Positions 51,363 through 64,000 of a stretch of 64,000 nucleotides of DNA are shown piece after piece. Numbering within the stretch: the first letter of the stretch is position 1; every line of letters starts with the position of its first letter. The notes under the pieces are model-generated. The model had not been told where the DNA came from and did no database searches. It saw only the letters and a list, made by a program, of their open reading frames with translations. A program made the translations under genes and the position numbers. The stretch is from Felis catus (lineage: Eukaryota). The stretch lies in NCBI RefSeq assembly GCF_018350175.1, contig NC_058368.1, forward strand, positions 45,138,001 through 45,202,000. Direction: 5' to 3'.

Positions 51363-51634
51363 ATATAATGTAAATATCCTTTGTCAATGCAATTTTCAAA
51401 GGCCCTTTGGTGATTTGGGGCTACACTATTTATTTGAAAAGTTTTCAACATAAAAACAGACCCAAGAAACCTACTTTAAGAACTTCCATAATGTTTAAGC
51501 TATATCACTAATTCTATGTAGCAATAAATTTTTGTATTGGTCAATATTTTAAATTGAGCATTTAGCTATTTAGGAGTCTTTTAAATCTTCTCTTTCACTC
51601 CCTGACTACTGGACCAAGAGAAGAAAACATTAAC

Positions 51635-51921
51635 ACAATAAGCAAGTCATAGAAGGGCAAATACTGCATGATTCCATTTGTATAAGGTATCTAAAGTAGT
51701 TGATTGATAGAAACATAGAGTAGAATGGTGGTTGCCAGGGTCTGGAGGGAAGGGGAAATGGAGAATTGCTGATCAATGGGAATAAAGTTATACAGGATAA
51801 AATAGCTTTAGAGATCTCCTGTACAACACTGTGCTTATAGTTAGCAATGTTGTACTGAATGTTTAAAAATTTTTAAGAGGATAGTTTTCATGTTATGTGA
51901 TTTTTTTTTCCACCACAATAA
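51635..51921 (+). mobile_element. L1MA/MB 3' end
   Basis: CAAATACTGCATGATTCCATTT...GTAGAATGGTGGTTGCCAGGG...AGAGATCTCCTGTACAAC. Confidence 0.9.
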
Positions 51922-52170
51922 GATGGAGGGAAGAAAGAAAGGAAGGGAAGGGAAGGGAAGGGAAAGGAAGGGTAGGGAAGGAAACAGAAAGGAAGAGGAA
52001 GGAGAGGAGGGAAGGGAAGGGAGGGAAAGAGAGGAGAAGGAAAGGTGAGGGAAGGGGGATGGAGGGGAAGGGAAGGGAACAGAAGGAGGAAGGAAGGAAG
52101 GAAGGAAGGAAGGAAGGAAGGAAGGAAGGAAGGAAGGAAGGAAGGAAGGGAAAAAAAAAGGAAGGAGGAG
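51922..52170. repeat. Polypurine tract (GGGAA)n/(GGAA)n
   Basis: Direct reading. Confidence 0.96.
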
Positions 52171-53956
52171 TTTTCCCAAAGCATACCCAACAGAAATGTT
52201 TTAAGGCAATAACACCAATATTAATGACAAAGCTTTCTTAAATCAGCAATCATGAGAAAATAAATTAAACCTTTCATATAGATCATCATCTATGATTCTT
52301 ATATATCATGGATCGTTGCATTATTAGGTATTGCTATGGATAGATTTAACTTTCTTATAGGGTAAAAATAATATAATTGTTAAAGAACCTTCTAAACCCT
52401 GCATAATTATATGTTATTTAAAGCCAACACCATGGGAACAGCTAGAGAGAGGTCCATGCAGTCTTTAAGACAGGCTTATTTATTTCCAACATAATGTGGG
52501 ATGTGAGGATGTGAAGGATGTGTAGATGCAAGAATGGACATATTTTCCCTGTGTGTCTGAATCACTGTCTTTCTTAAAATGAAATCTTTAACTATTATAT
52601 TAACTTCTGTGAAAATATAAAAAAAATCAATATAATCATTTGAATTCTTTGCACATTAGACTGTTATACTTCCTGCTGAGAACAATCGATAACTTGTCAT
52701 GACATTAATTATGTCAGGTAAACTTGAAAAATGTAAGTGGGTTCTATGCAAAATTACTTATTACCGAAATAATTTGCAAAACCAGTATAATATGGCTCAA
52801 TCACATGCAAATTTCATAGCCTAAAGCTATATATGCTCAATTATTTAGTCATTAACCAATCAAACAAGTCACTTAAACTCATATTCTGTAATTTTTATAT
52901 GATAATAATGTATGACTCATATCAAATAACAAATGAAAATGTAATTAAAACTGTGAAATGAAGATACAAATACCATTATTAGCATACTTATATAAGTGAA
53001 TTAAAAATAAATCAGAAAATATTGGAGTCAATCTTAGAATGCATCTATGTCTGATATTGTGTGTATGTCATGGTAGGCTTAAAAAAATTATATTCACAGT
53101 TTGGATTTTTAATTTTTTATCCATGATAAATTTTCACTGAGAAATTGATTTCTAGAGTTCTAGGCTCCTTATTCTCTATTTTTAGGACTCCAAAAAAATA
53201 AAGGAGAAGGAGTTCTCCTATTTTAGTGCTGCTGCTGTTGTCATAACTGTCTTCTTTGAACTCTACTTATATCAGCTTCAGAGAAAAGGTCAGAAAGGAA
53301 TTCTCCAGTAGCCCACTCCCAGTGCTCCTTTCTAAGCAACAGCAGGGAAGCATAAATAGCAACAGGTAGATGGGGTTTAACATGAAGATCAATGGGGTGA
53401 AAATTTAATGAGTAAAGTATGGTGAAACAAGATTCAGAAGACCTTTATGGATATGCTCAATCTGGTGACCACATTCCCAGAAGCCTCCACCATTTGGTGG
53501 ATGGAGAAGAACATTTGGTTGCTAAGTCCCCAGTGGCAAAAAAAAGCTTTTGAAAGAATTACACATTTTAAAAGATTATACATGATGATTCTATCACAGA
53601 AAAGTCAAAGACTTTGAGAGTACTTGGTTAGGAAATAATGAGTATGTTAACTCCACTAGGGTTACATAATGTTTTAAGAAGATATTTAAAGGTAAAAGTA
53701 GACATCCTAAAACAATGACCAGAATGCATGTGTAAGACTAAAGAAAGATTAGTTCTAAAGAAGGAAAGAAAGACACTGCCCAAAGAGACATAAGATTTTT
53801 TTTCAATTTGGATGAATAAAATGTAAGAACAAATAAAAATAAGGACTGCTAATGTCTTATATATAGACTTAACTTTTTAATGATAAGAAAATACTAATAG
53901 GCTATTTTTATGGAATATAATTCATCAATTATCACACTGACTATTATCACTACTTC

Positions 53957-54178
53957 TTTAATTTTTTTTGAAATTTATTCATTTTTGAGAGACAGAGAAA
54001 GACACAGAGTGAGTGGGGGGGTGAGGGGCAGAGAGAGAGGGAGACACAGAATCTGAAGCAGGCTCCAGGTTCTGAGCTGTCAGCACAGAGCCCCATGAAG
54101 GGCTCAAATTCATGAATCCTGAGATCATGACCTGAGCCGAAGCTGGGTGCTTAACTGACTGAGTCACCCAGGCGCCCC
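53957..54178 (-). mobile_element. Can-SINE
   Basis: Antisense head ...CACCCAGGCGCCCC. Confidence 0.95.
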
Positions 54179-56399
54179 TATAACAGCTTCTTTTAAAGCT
54201 CCAGTTGCAATGGAGACTAATTTGAATCCTAGAAAATACAGATTCTCCTAAACATATAATAGAAGCACAATAAAATAAAATCTACTTGATTTCTAGATAT
54301 TTTCATCTTTTATAAAAACATTGCAGTTCGCTATTGGGAATAAAATATATCTTAATTTATTTAAGGTGGAGATGACCTCAAAAAATTTTAAGAACATATT
54401 ATATGCAACATAAATACAACATAAGATAGTTGTTTAATATTTTGATTACTTTCTTACAGAAATATTTGTCACAGTATTAATTTATGAAAACAATGTTCAG
54501 AAAACCATTAAGTGTTAAATAGTTATCTTTTTTTCCTACCTAGAGGTGATAATTTATCGTTTTACCATGATCCAGAAAAATGATATTTACTGCAGTTCCC
54601 ACAATTTCCTTCCCCTTGCTGCTCTTTAGACCGTATGTAAAATAGGTGAATCACTGTGGTAAATGAATTACTACAAATTCATTCAGAAAGCAACATGTCA
54701 CTTCAGGTGAAATAATTGATGTGAAACGGAGTTAACCATTCTCAAACTCAGGTTAGTCACACTGTATAAGTGAATGATTGTTACATGTTCTGGCTACCTT
54801 TCATGAGAATCGATGTTTCCTCCCCAATATTTCTTTTCATTGCACCCTTCATTAATTTGAAGTTTTAAACATTTTTGGATGACTGCTGTGGCAGTCTTTC
54901 TCCTGGAAAAATTGATGGTTTCTCCTTATAAGAAGACATGTCTATTTGTTAAAGTCAAATCTAAATCAAAATTAAATACTTATATACTTGTTTCTCCAAA
55001 AACAAATTTACTTACTGAAACATGTTGACTTGAGAAATTATTGGGTTAACATCATAAGAAAATATACTTTGTGTTTGATACCAAAGTATTCATTCCTTAT
55101 GTATATTCTAAATATAAAATGAACACCAGCAAAAATTATGAAGAATTAAATTGCAGAGTGCCATATGTAGTGACTTTTATAGTTGCATTCATATTGATTA
55201 CATGTAATTTCTAGAGCAGACCTCTTTTAACTTTGTAAGAGAATATGCCAATTAGACACTTTAACTTCACTACATGATATATTATCTAATAGCAGTGCTA
55301 TGGAAAAGCTGAATTTAAACGTGTATTTTCACTACACTTAAAAAATACTCTGCTTTGTATTTTGAGAATTATAGAAGAGTCTAACATTGCTATTAATTTT
55401 TATGATCCTTTCTTATTCTATAAAAAAGAATCAACATGATCGAACTGTAAAATTTAAAGATATGGAATTAAGACAAGTTTTCCACAGATCTACTGATATG
55501 ATTACTAATTTTTTTCACTTTTTAATATAATATCTAGATTAATGAAGATTGACATTAACAGTCTTTTAATAAAATGTGATTTTTGTGCCTCAATAAATCA
55601 CATGTATGCCATTCTGTTTAATGCTTACTGTGTTGCTGCTTCATAATGTGAACATTATAGACATTATATATTCTAATTCAAAGATATTCCATTTTTTAAC
55701 CGAGTATATGTGTGTAAGATCGTCCCACTGCCACCATAATATCCATGTACTTACTAGCATGATAGGTTTTTAAAAGCAATTTAAAGGTTTCTAAGATAAT
55801 GTCTATAATTTGTTCAGAATTTGCCCATTATGGTAAAACTGATAGTCATTCTTTCCTATATAACATTTTTTAAAGAACATTTTTAACAATGCTCTCTATT
55901 TCTTCCCCAACGTTTTTCCCTTAAATAACGAATTTACAGTTTTAGCTCTTTTTTCTGTGAAGTTTTCAAGCCAATTCACATATGGATGGTGATTTTATTC
56001 TACATAAAGGCAAAATATGTTGCTCCTGATGAATAAAATTTTCTATCTACATAAATAAAAAATTCCCATTTGAAGTTCACATTTGAAAGTGACCATTTTA
56101 TTGTCTCTATTCGTGATGTATTGGCCAGCACGTGTTCCAGAGATGTGATGGCATCACCTTAAAAGATGAAAGAAAACCTCTCAAATCTACATGTCTAACT
56201 TCATACATTATGATAGTTCAACATTCGAAATATCTCAATTCTTTAGTCACTGTAAAATAACATTTCTATAGTATTCCTTTTATATAAAAGCAATTCATTC
56301 TAAATACAACATGTTACTGAAACCAAAAGCTTTCTAGAAGAGAAATCTTTTTTTTAATGTCTATATAAAGATATTATCCTAAGAATTAAACGAGCCGCA

Positions 56400-56700
56400 C
56401 CACCAGCAGCTAAGGAACAATGTACAGTTAATTGGGCCACATGAGGATCAAGCTTCTGATGTCAGCCACAGCAGCACACAAAGAACAAAGATTCCCTCAG
56501 ATGCTTGAACTCAGGGCATGCCGATGGTGAGCCCTATGTACTGCCTTCTCCACTAAGGCAGCACAAGTCTGTTTTTCACAGAGTCAGTAGAAAATTCCAG
56601 CATGTGCTATGGATTCGACTTTTTATTTATTAACCCACTAAAAATAGGAAGTGACATCACACTGCTGCCACAGATGAACATGCAAACTTGCAATATTTGG
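56400..56700. promoter_or_regulatory. Candidate enhancer: overlapping MEF2/ETS/CRE-like sites with SOX and E-box motifs
   Basis: CTAAAAATAG 56638-56647, AGGAAGTG 56646-56653, TGACATCA 56652-56659, CAGATG 56671-56676, AACAATG 56416, AACAAAG 56484. Confidence 0.35.
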
Positions 56701-58427
56701 CATATTAGACAAGACTGTGATTGTGGAATACTGGAAAGGATAACTTGTTTAGATATCTGTGTCTTATGCCCAATTCCACTACCATCTCTATATTTAGGAG
56801 GTCTTTATTGTTTCCTAAAATAGCAGTGTTGATTTATATAATCATTAATATTCCTCCATAATTTCTGACATTTTACCCTCATCCAAATTATGCATTAATT
56901 TCTTATCAACTTCAACTATATAAAAATAATTGCTCTATGTAAGCAATCATCAAATATAAATATATTTGTGTATAGTTATTATAAATGCAAAATGTTAACA
57001 TGGGGAAACACATAAACATTTTAATACTTCCATAGATTATTGGTAATCATAACTAAATATTCACAGATTTAAGTAATTCTGCAGTAAATCAAAGGGGATA
57101 ATAATATCTATGCTACATGAGTTATTGTGAGACTGGAATGAGCTAATGTATACAATGCATGTTGCACCAATTTAAATCACAATTTAATAATTTGATCATT
57201 TCTTATTGAATTGGCTTCTCAGTTCTGTATTCACATCTAGTGGCATCTGTAAAATAAAGGGTTATCCAAAACCTTGCGTCTTTTCCAGTGTCTATTTTAT
57301 GACATTGGTAACAAAGCACAGAAAACAGCAGCCACAGCAGCAACAATAAAATATTATGTATACTAATCACTCAAGGGAAATATGGAGGCTATCTAGGGGT
57401 AGACTATTATTGGAACTTCTCTCTTCCTGTTGGTTCGACAAATGTTTGTCGAACACCTGCATTATTATAACTTCAGGTGAGACAGTATGAACACGACAGA
57501 GAATCTACTTCATTCAGTTAACCAGCTGGTTAAGACTGACATTGAATAAATAATTACTACCTGAAGGTTCTAAGCCTCCATTGAAACTTATTTTAGAACC
57601 TCAGTAAAGGAAGTTGCTTCCTGACACAAAATCAGTGTAAGTTTGTTTGAGGACTGGTAGTTATCATAGGGGCTAGATAAAGACAAGAATATTAATTCAT
57701 TCAGAGGTTAGTTGTAAATAGGAAACACACAGATCAGGACAGGTGACTATTTTCATGGATAACAAAAGTCAGAATGACTAAGGAGTAATTACAGGACAAA
57801 TTCATGAGAGTTTGATCCATGTATCCAGAGAAGACTCAGGGCAGAAATATTTTAGTAGAACCTCAGAAGACCAGTTTGTTTAAAATATTTTAGGCCTATC
57901 TGCTTAGTGGAATTCAGTGGTGGTTAAATAGTATAATATATGTATTCCTCAGGAATGAGGGGATCTTGCTTATAACTGTTCTAAGGGCTGAGAGTTACCA
58001 TTCAGGTAGAAAAATCGTGCCTTATTTCCTGACACAGAGCTCCATTCATGATTTCTCTATCCTCGAAGGAGAGAAAACGTTTTTTCCGGTGTATGGAAGG
58101 TGGAATTACCTCCTCTCTTATTGACTTACTACTTTTACATACTGCAAAGGTATTTTAGGCCAGCAAAGGGGATTTAACTGTTGCCAAGATAGTGGTATGT
58201 TTAGATTATAACTAAAGATGCTGTTAAGCATTTGACACCCATTCATGATTTAGTGCTTAAAATAATAGACATTTAGATATATTATGATACATCCCCTCAT
58301 GTAACAAGTGATGAAAATTAGAAAAATACCAACTAAGTGATTTTTGCCCAAGGTCACACAGCTACTTCATTGGTCCAGGACAGACATCTGAAACCAATTC
58401 AGTGCTATTATTTCAGGTCACTAAATC

Positions 58428-58678
58428 TTTTTTTTTTTTCTTTTCTTTTTCTCTTTTTTTTTTTTTAATTTTTTTTAACGTTTATTTCTTTTTGAGACAG
58501 AGAGAGACAGAGCATGAATGGGGAGGGTCAGAGAGAAAGGGAGACACAGAATCTGAAACAGGCTCCAGGCTCTGAGCAGTCAGCACAGAGCCCGACGCGG
58601 GGCTTGAACCCACAGACCGCGAGATCATGACCTGAGCCGAAGTCGGACACTTAACCGACTGAGCTACCCAGGCGCCCC
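58428..58678 (-). mobile_element. Young Can-SINE with perfect TSD, inserted in a MIR-like segment
   Basis: TSD TTCAGGTCACTAAATCTT; CpG-rich. Confidence 0.97.
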
Positions 58679-59298
58679 TTCAGGTCACTAAATCTTACTA
58701 ACTTTCCTAGGACCTGCTTCTCAAAATTAATTTCAGAAAATTCATTGACAAAGCATTTGTGGAAAATTACTTTCAAACAAAGAAACTTTAGCAAAAATTA
58801 TAAAGCTATTAACATATGTTAATTTGTGTAAGGTGATAAATTGTAACAGATTAAATAAAATAAGAGAAATTTCCAAATATTCTAAACTTAATAGTGAAAG
58901 TACATTTAATGTAGTAATGGTGTCAACACCATTTTATCTAGTGAAATACCTATAATCACACATCTAAGCATACATTTCTGATTATAAAGGTATTCATATA
59001 TGCATATCTATAGAATAGAAATATATGTTTTCTCTATTAAATCTACCACTTTCACACTGTCAAACCCGCATTTTTATATAAAATATTCAAAGTATATTTT
59101 GCACTTTTATACACATATTCCCTAAATGCTTTTGATGGTTGTGTAAATTTACCCACACTCCCTGTATAACAGTTCTGTATGAGACCTTGGTTGATAACTT
59201 ACACATTTTCATATGACTTGCTACTTAATGACTATCAGAGCCAGAGTAGCAGAAACTAACTTCTCTTATTCTGGACCTGATTACAAATATTTTAATAT

Positions 59299-59905
59299 TT
59301 CTCTCTCTCTCTCTCTCTCCCCCCTTCTCAAAATACATAATAAACATTGTTTTTAAAAGGGGCTCCTGGAGGCGCCTGTGTGGCTCAGCTGGTTAAGCCT
59401 CCAACTTTCCCTCAGGTCATGATTTTGTGGTTCATGGGTTTGAGCCTGCTATCGGGCTCTGTGCTGACAGCTCAGAACCTGGAGCCTGTTTCAGATTCTG
59501 TGTCTCCCCCTCTCTCTGCCTTTCCCCTACTTACACTCTGTCTCTCTCTGTCTCAAAAATAAATAAACATTTTTTTAAAAAGGGTGGGGGAGGTCCCTGG
59601 GTGGCTCAGTAGGTTAAGTGTCTGACTCCTGATTTTGGCTCAGGTCATGATCTCACAGTGTGTGAGATGGAGCCCCATGTCCGGCTCTGTGACAGCACTG
59701 AGCCTACTCAGGATTCACTCTCTCCCTCTCTGTCTCTGCCCCTCCACCCCATGTGTGTTCACTCTCCCTCTCTCTCCTTCTCCCTCAAAATAAATAAATT
59801 TTATTTTATTTTATTTTATTTTATTTTATTTTATTTTATTTTATTTTATTTTATTTTATTTTATTTATTTTTTAAATAAATGTTTAAATAAAACATTTAA
59901 AAAAG
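59299..59905 (+). mobile_element. Tandem Can-SINE cluster: tail-only remnant, then full copies at ~59368-59581 and ~59589-59905 with (TTTTA)n
   Basis: Two heads (GGCGCCTGTGTGGCTCAG, GGTCCCTGGGTGGCTCAG) and three CT-rich tails. Confidence 0.92.
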
Positions 59906-62029
59906 AAACATTTTAATATATGATTGATTTTATGTAAGATTCTAATATTAGTATTGTGCTATTTATTAAAATGCATGTTTTCAGAGCACGTGAGAGTAAA
60001 AATCTGTTGTTTGCATACCACCACACATACTTTCATTTTGATATCAATTTTCAAAAGATTTTAAGGCTTCGTAAAGTCTGTAACTAAACGCTTTTCCATC
60101 TCTATCTACTGTGAATTAGTTTCATGGCCATTTGTTTTTAGGTCTAAATTGAAACTACTTACAATTTTACTTTTTGGTGTTTTGCTGCCTAAATGAGTTT
60201 TTCATTATGCAGATATTCCAGCCCTGTGAAAGGTGTGATCAGAATGCACCCAACTTTTGCTACAAACCCACACGCACACAATATCCAATGAGACAAGTAT
60301 TTAAGTAAACAAGAATCTAAGATAAAATGAAATGAAATCTAAAAAGGAATCATGCTCTGGCCATATTAGAGCATTAGTAAGAACTAAAATGTCACTTTTG
60401 AAGTGTTATTTTCCTGTTTTATCAAGCTCCTAAATTTCAGGCTCATCAAGTGCATCATCCCAATAATATTTTGCCATGAATATTTGTGGGATGCTAAAAA
60501 TAATTTCCATCGGATTGATTTTTAAGATTCATCAGTGAAGCAAATCATCACTCCAAATTGCCAGAAGACTGTGCCTACATAAATGAGCATTTTCTGGCCA
60601 TACTGAATACGTAGGAGCTAGTACTCATGAGTACAGCCGGCTTGTTTTTCATAGCTGATGTCCATTCTGATTGATCACTGTGTCTATTTTTAATGGTTTC
60701 TGCCTTGCAGTACTGGCTGTAAAATAGTTTTATATAATCCCTTAATATATGATCTAATATGGTTATGTTTAATAAAATTAAATATTTATACTCTTGACCA
60801 TTGAAATATTGTGAGGCAAATACAGAATTGCTCACTAAAGTTAAGAATATCTATTTAATTTGAATCTAACTTCTAAGCAAGCTTCTTTTATATGATTGCT
60901 TATACTGCTTTTGCTTTACAGGCAATATTTTGGTTAATTATTTCTTCTCTGAAAAGACAATCTACTTGCACATATCATTGTCATTTGGATATGCCTTTTG
61001 CTCTTTCTAGTTTAACCATTGGAACACATATATACAGTTATAATTATATATGCACTATATATATTGGAAAATAGATAATATACATACACACAGAAATACA
61101 ATAAAGGAAAAAAAGTTGGATCAATTTAAAATAGCTCATCTCATAAAGCTGTATTCAAATTGCTCATAGATCAGGGTACTCTCCCAGTCCAATCCACTGA
61201 CTCTTACCACGTCATTTTAACCCTGGAAACTACTCTGTGCCATGTTTCCAGTTTTCTTGATTATTTTTGGTATAAAACTTGGGTGCCTTTTATCATAAGA
61301 GTCATTCAACAATGGGTGGATAAGCGAGGTGTTTAACACTTTTCACATTCCCTAGACACACTCGAGAGGCACCCACTATTTCTGAAAAGTCTCCTCAAAA
61401 ATGGAATGAAAAAAATTCCTGACTCTATCTCTACTACTTCTTCTTGGTATACACACTTTAGAAATGCAGGTTGATCGTTGAATGTGACTGTCCCAAGAAA
61501 GAGATCATCTCTTAGTCAATAAGTGATTAGTAATGAGGACAAAAGGGAGTAGAGGGTTATAAAGAATTTCAGAAAATTTTGGATTCTTCTCTGACCATTT
61601 GTGGGCAAGATAGTGCTTCTTACTCTCCCTTAAGACCAGCCTGGTTGGTATAGCCTTCAGCTGTCAACAAGATCAAATGAAGGCCTAGGGGATTCAAGCT
61701 TAATGCTGGATCAGCTGTCTGAATATGAATTATTTTTGTGTGCGACAAGGCCCTGATCATAAAGGTATTGATTACTGAGTTGAGTACACTGTTGATAAGC
61801 TCTACTATATTGTCCACAGTGGGTTAAATTGTAGGATATAAATGGTTTCGTATGTTTTGTAAGATAGGCACTCATGCTTCTTGCACCTGACCCTTCCAAA
61901 TTAAAGGCCTGGGTCTGAGATTGATTTTTTTAAATGTGATGTTATCTTCCCTGTTGTGTGATCATATAGGAGAAAACACACGCACACACCACAGGGAACA
62001 CCACAGAAGTTGAAAGAAGTAGAGAGCTG

Positions 62030-63219
62030 GTGTTCAGTTATAATCCTTTTCTTTTTAGAACACCTGGGCCTTCTTAATGAACAAACAATGCCCTCGTATG
62101 TCTCCTAAAATGTTACAGAAACTTTGATTTCAATGGACTGCTGCATTGGCAGAAGTGACCAGATAGTTCTCATCATTATTTGATTGTCTTTCCCCTCATC
62201 CCTAACTAGAAATCTAAGAAAAAGATTTTTTAGAATCCCAGATTCTATACCTGCAACAGAAAATACTTTTGGGTGGCTTTGAATATTTCCAACTCTCCAT
62301 TCCTGAAGGTATTGCTCAGATTTTCTTTGAGTGAGGCAGAAGAATTACAATCAGTTGTTAGCACACGATAACAAGACATATTGTTCTATCATAACTCAGT
62401 CTCAAAAAATAGACTAGAATCAATTATTCAAACTGAATTTGAAGCCCCAAAGTCAGAGGCAATGTCAATCTATATACCTTGATTATATAGGTCACACTTG
62501 GAGCCTTCCAACAATTTTAGCGCTTTTTTTTCAAGGTTATCATGTGTACTCTTGGGACTTGTACTTTTTGTGGAAGGTAAGCATGAACTCATTACTAAAA
62601 ACATAAGGACTTATACATTTGAGGAATTCATAAGAGACCGTCAAATATTTAAGTAAACATCTCCAATAAATCATGTGAATCTCAGATGGCATGGACATTT
62701 CTCCTAAATGAGACAACCCTTGGCTGAATTTACTGGAGGATTAATTGAATCATTATTTTCATGCAGATTTTAGGCAGTTATTCCTAGAATGAATCTTGTG
62801 AGAATATAAAATGTGTTGTAAAATGTGACCCTAACTCTACCTGAAAGATACTGATACTGCCTCAATCTTGGAGATCATTCCTGTCAGCTTCAACTCACTG
62901 GTCAGGGTTATTATGGATGATAGAGTTGTCCTTAAATTTCTGTTTGGGGGCTAAGGTGTAGCCTATACAATTGCTAATAAATTCCTACCTTAACTGGACT
63001 AGTTCCTTGGGACAAGTAGAAAGGTCTGTACAGAAACTTAAGGAGAAAGCCACCTGGATTTCTCAGATTGCTCATGATGGTCTACTGGATGTATACAGCT
63101 GGTTGATTCTGAGACCCTGGAAAACATGGTTGAGGTCAATACTGGAGGTTAGCCTATTCCTACTATTTGGTATCCTGTTGATAGGAGTCTTGATTAAATG
63201 CTGTAGGAGACAAGTGTAA
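62030..63219 (+). pseudogene. Decayed endogenous retrovirus env (gamma-type SU-TM), HERVL40-int-like
   Basis: Degenerate CWIC-like motif (D-C-C-I-G, 62136-62150); heptad/ISD-like SFNSLVRVIMDDRVVLKFLFGG* (62886-62954); W..SLGQVE; hydrophobic TM SLFLLFGILLIGVLIKCC; multiple stops and frameshifts. Confidence 0.85.
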
Positions 63220-63331
63220 TGGTTTTGTCCCAGCCTTTGTTAGTCAGTTAACCAGAGCAGCTAACACAGTGGCATGTTTATGTGAAAGTTCACCAGGAGT
63301 CAAGATGCTCTAGAAATGAGTGATTGAATAT

Positions 63332-63828
63332 TATTGGGAGATGGCTCTAGATAAGTTTTTCATATTTCTGTCTCATGAATAAGGAATGAACAGGGCTTCT
63401 GTCAGGATCATCTTTCCCTGAATGATTTTATAGCCAACAGTGTTGGAAATTAGAGATATGGTATCCTAAAAGAGCAAAGACCAGGCTTACTTCTAACCAA
63501 GGAATTTAGGTATTGGAGCAAAGCAGGTTTGCTTATTGTTCATTATAAAATATTTAGTTTTCCTAAGACCAAAATTTCTTCTACTTCAACACAACCCAAT
63601 GCATGTACAAGGGCCATCTGGCCTTTTTAGCATGTCCCAGTGAGAACTGAAGTTCAAGAAACCAGCACAAAATTACTGACTGACTACTACTAATGCTATG
63701 AGTATTAACATGCCCCTCATCTTTGCCCCATGAAGTTCAAGTCTTCAACTGACACCCATGAAACTGTGCCAGGCTATTTGTTAGTTTTCACCTCAGTTAT
63801 AATTGCAGACTACTCACAGTTATTAATA
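63332..63828 (+). mobile_element. LTR40-like ERVL 3' LTR
   Basis: TATTGGGAGA start, TATAGCCAACAGTGTTGGAAATTAGAGATA, CATTATAAAA, CCATGAAACTGTGCCAGGCTATTTGTTAG match the recalled LTR40 consensus; lies directly 3' of env. Confidence 0.8.
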
Positions 63829-64000
63829 CAGCTCTATCATAGAATTATTTATATTATTGAAAAAAAGTGTTTTGTTCCCATTGAAATAGATACTCTCAGT
63901 TCCCATTTCCCTTTTATGTGTACAATGTTTCATCTAAATATGCTCTTCCTGGATTCAGAAATTGGTTTAGTTACCACTATGCTCTTCTAGAATTTCCTCC

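Noticed and set aside
51841..52241. PSFL- and EGRK-repeat ORFs of 100-114 aa
   Set aside because: Translations of the polypurine simple repeat.
61100..62030. Possible gag/pol upstream of the env relic
   Set aside because: No protease, RT or integrase motifs recognisable by eye; left unannotated.
62971..63219. Domesticated env such as syncytin-Car1
   Set aside because: Only the last 82 codons are open. SU and ISD have stops and frameshifts, the CXXC and CX6CC cysteines are lost, and I see no clear furin site.

Overview
AT-rich, CpG-poor mammalian genomic DNA. The tRNA-derived Can-SINEs and carnivore-type L1 3' UTRs point to a carnivoran, most likely a felid. I found no protein-coding gene I can name, and no rRNA/tRNA gene, CRISPR array or CpG island. 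The window looks intronic or intergenic and is dominated by repeats: about 30 Can-SINEs, several dead L1s, old L1M/L2/MIR fragments, hAT/Tigger DNA-transposon relics, MaLR/ERVL LTRs and microsatellites. Nearly all supplied ORFs are L1 fragments or repeat artefacts. Best-supported observations: (1) an L1 3' transduction whose TSD brackets extra non-L1 sequence (14812-15813); (2) a twin-primed, 5'-inverted L1 (47185-49079); (3) a decayed gamma-type env joined to an LTR40-like LTR (62030-63828); (4) two tail-less inverted SINE fusions, one forming a hairpin whose arms share non-consensus variants (43510-43728, 50933-51215). More speculative: well-formed splice-site pairs on both strands and two TF-motif clusters, which could mark an unannotated transcript or enhancers. 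Repeat family names come from recalled consensus sequences, not a database search, and boundaries of old repeats are approximate. I see no convincing evidence for a wholly new biological system.
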